From IMG/VR virus record IMGVR_UViG_3300046810_000166, positions 1 to 64,000 of that record: a stretch of DNA of 64,000 nt; one strand, 5' to 3'. Position numbers and translations under genes: made by a program. The notes below the pieces were generated by a model, which ran no database searches, was not told the DNA's origin, and saw only the letters and a program-made list of their open reading frames with translations. Shown here piece by piece: positions 63,537 through 64,000 of the stretch (position 1 is its first letter; each line of letters begins with the position of its first letter). Origin of the DNA: a virus.

Positions 63537-64000
63537 TCACGACTGCGGCTTGATGCCCTCGCCGGAAGGGGTTTCTTCGCCCCATCCGGTGGTGGTGTCT
63601 TGCGCCCATGGACCGGCGCCAGAGAAGCCCCACAGGCTGACTTCCGGGGCCGGGATCGACAGGGCCGAGTAGTGCACTTCCTCGATCGCCAGCGAGCCGA
63701 TTTGCGTGGGCAGGCCCATATCGATCGGCCCGAAGGCCCGGATCTCCTCGATGCCGAAGGTGGCGCGTGCGCCGCTGAAATCCTCGAACGACACCGACCC
63801 GGCCATCAGGGTGATGATCTCGTTGACCATGCCGAGGTAGATCCGGCCCTCGTAGTCCGACAGGCCGTGTACCGACAGCGTCATGAAGTCGGGCGGCTGA
63901 ATCCAGTAGGAGCGCGGCAGCACCGCGTTGATGGCGCCCAGCGGATCGCTATCGGACAGCACCACGTTGGCGCGGCGGATGTTGCGGCGGGTGGCGTCGA
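63537..64000 (-). CDS. C-terminal part of a tail/baseplate protein (enters from the window edge)
   Basis: Open frame to the edge; position in the tail operon. Confidence 0.55.
   Translation of the reverse strand, partial: DATRRNIRRANVVLSDSDPLGAINAVLPRSYWIQPPDFMTLSVHGLSDYEGRIYLGMVNEIITLMAGSVSFEDFSGARATFGIEEIRAFGPIDMGLPTQIGSLAIEEVHYSALSIPAPEVSLWGFSGAGPWAQDTTTGWGEETPSGEGIKPQS

Overview
This window is 64 kb of a GC-rich temperate phage-plasmid. It carries plasmid functions (Rep initiator, ParA plus a ParG-like partner, Tn21-type serine resolvase with a res site) interleaved with myophage genes (portal 5' end, large and small terminase, P1-like baseplate and tail proteins, tail fibre). It also has an exonuclease/RecT/SMC-like/SSB recombination module and many small accessory genes. 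The host is probably a Betaproteobacterium, possibly Oxalobacteraceae (inference from one host-like HTH gene and the GC content). Two regulons can be read directly from the DNA: about 11 copies of a TAACGCAWTGCG operator, mostly inside sigma70 promoters, and 10 copies of a GTCGTGAC-N2-nAnnnT late-promoter motif. The most striking element is a ~2.9 kb, nearly ORF-free minus-strand transcription unit (about 38618 to 35699) with its own promoter and terminator. It is built from tandem tRNA/C4-like three-way-junction modules with a conserved covarying scaffold and variable inserts, alternating with long G-U-containing stems, one of which encloses a tRNA mimic without a proper anticodon loop. It looks like a multiplexed small-RNA array. 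Other highlights are a 1739-aa kinase plus ADP-ribosyltransferase protein flanked by a phosphatase and a Nudix hydrolase, a terminase with two ATPase domains, a HigA antitoxin fragment embedded in a mosaic protein, and a res site 3.7 kb away from its resolvase. All family assignments come from motif recognition by eye; no searches were run.
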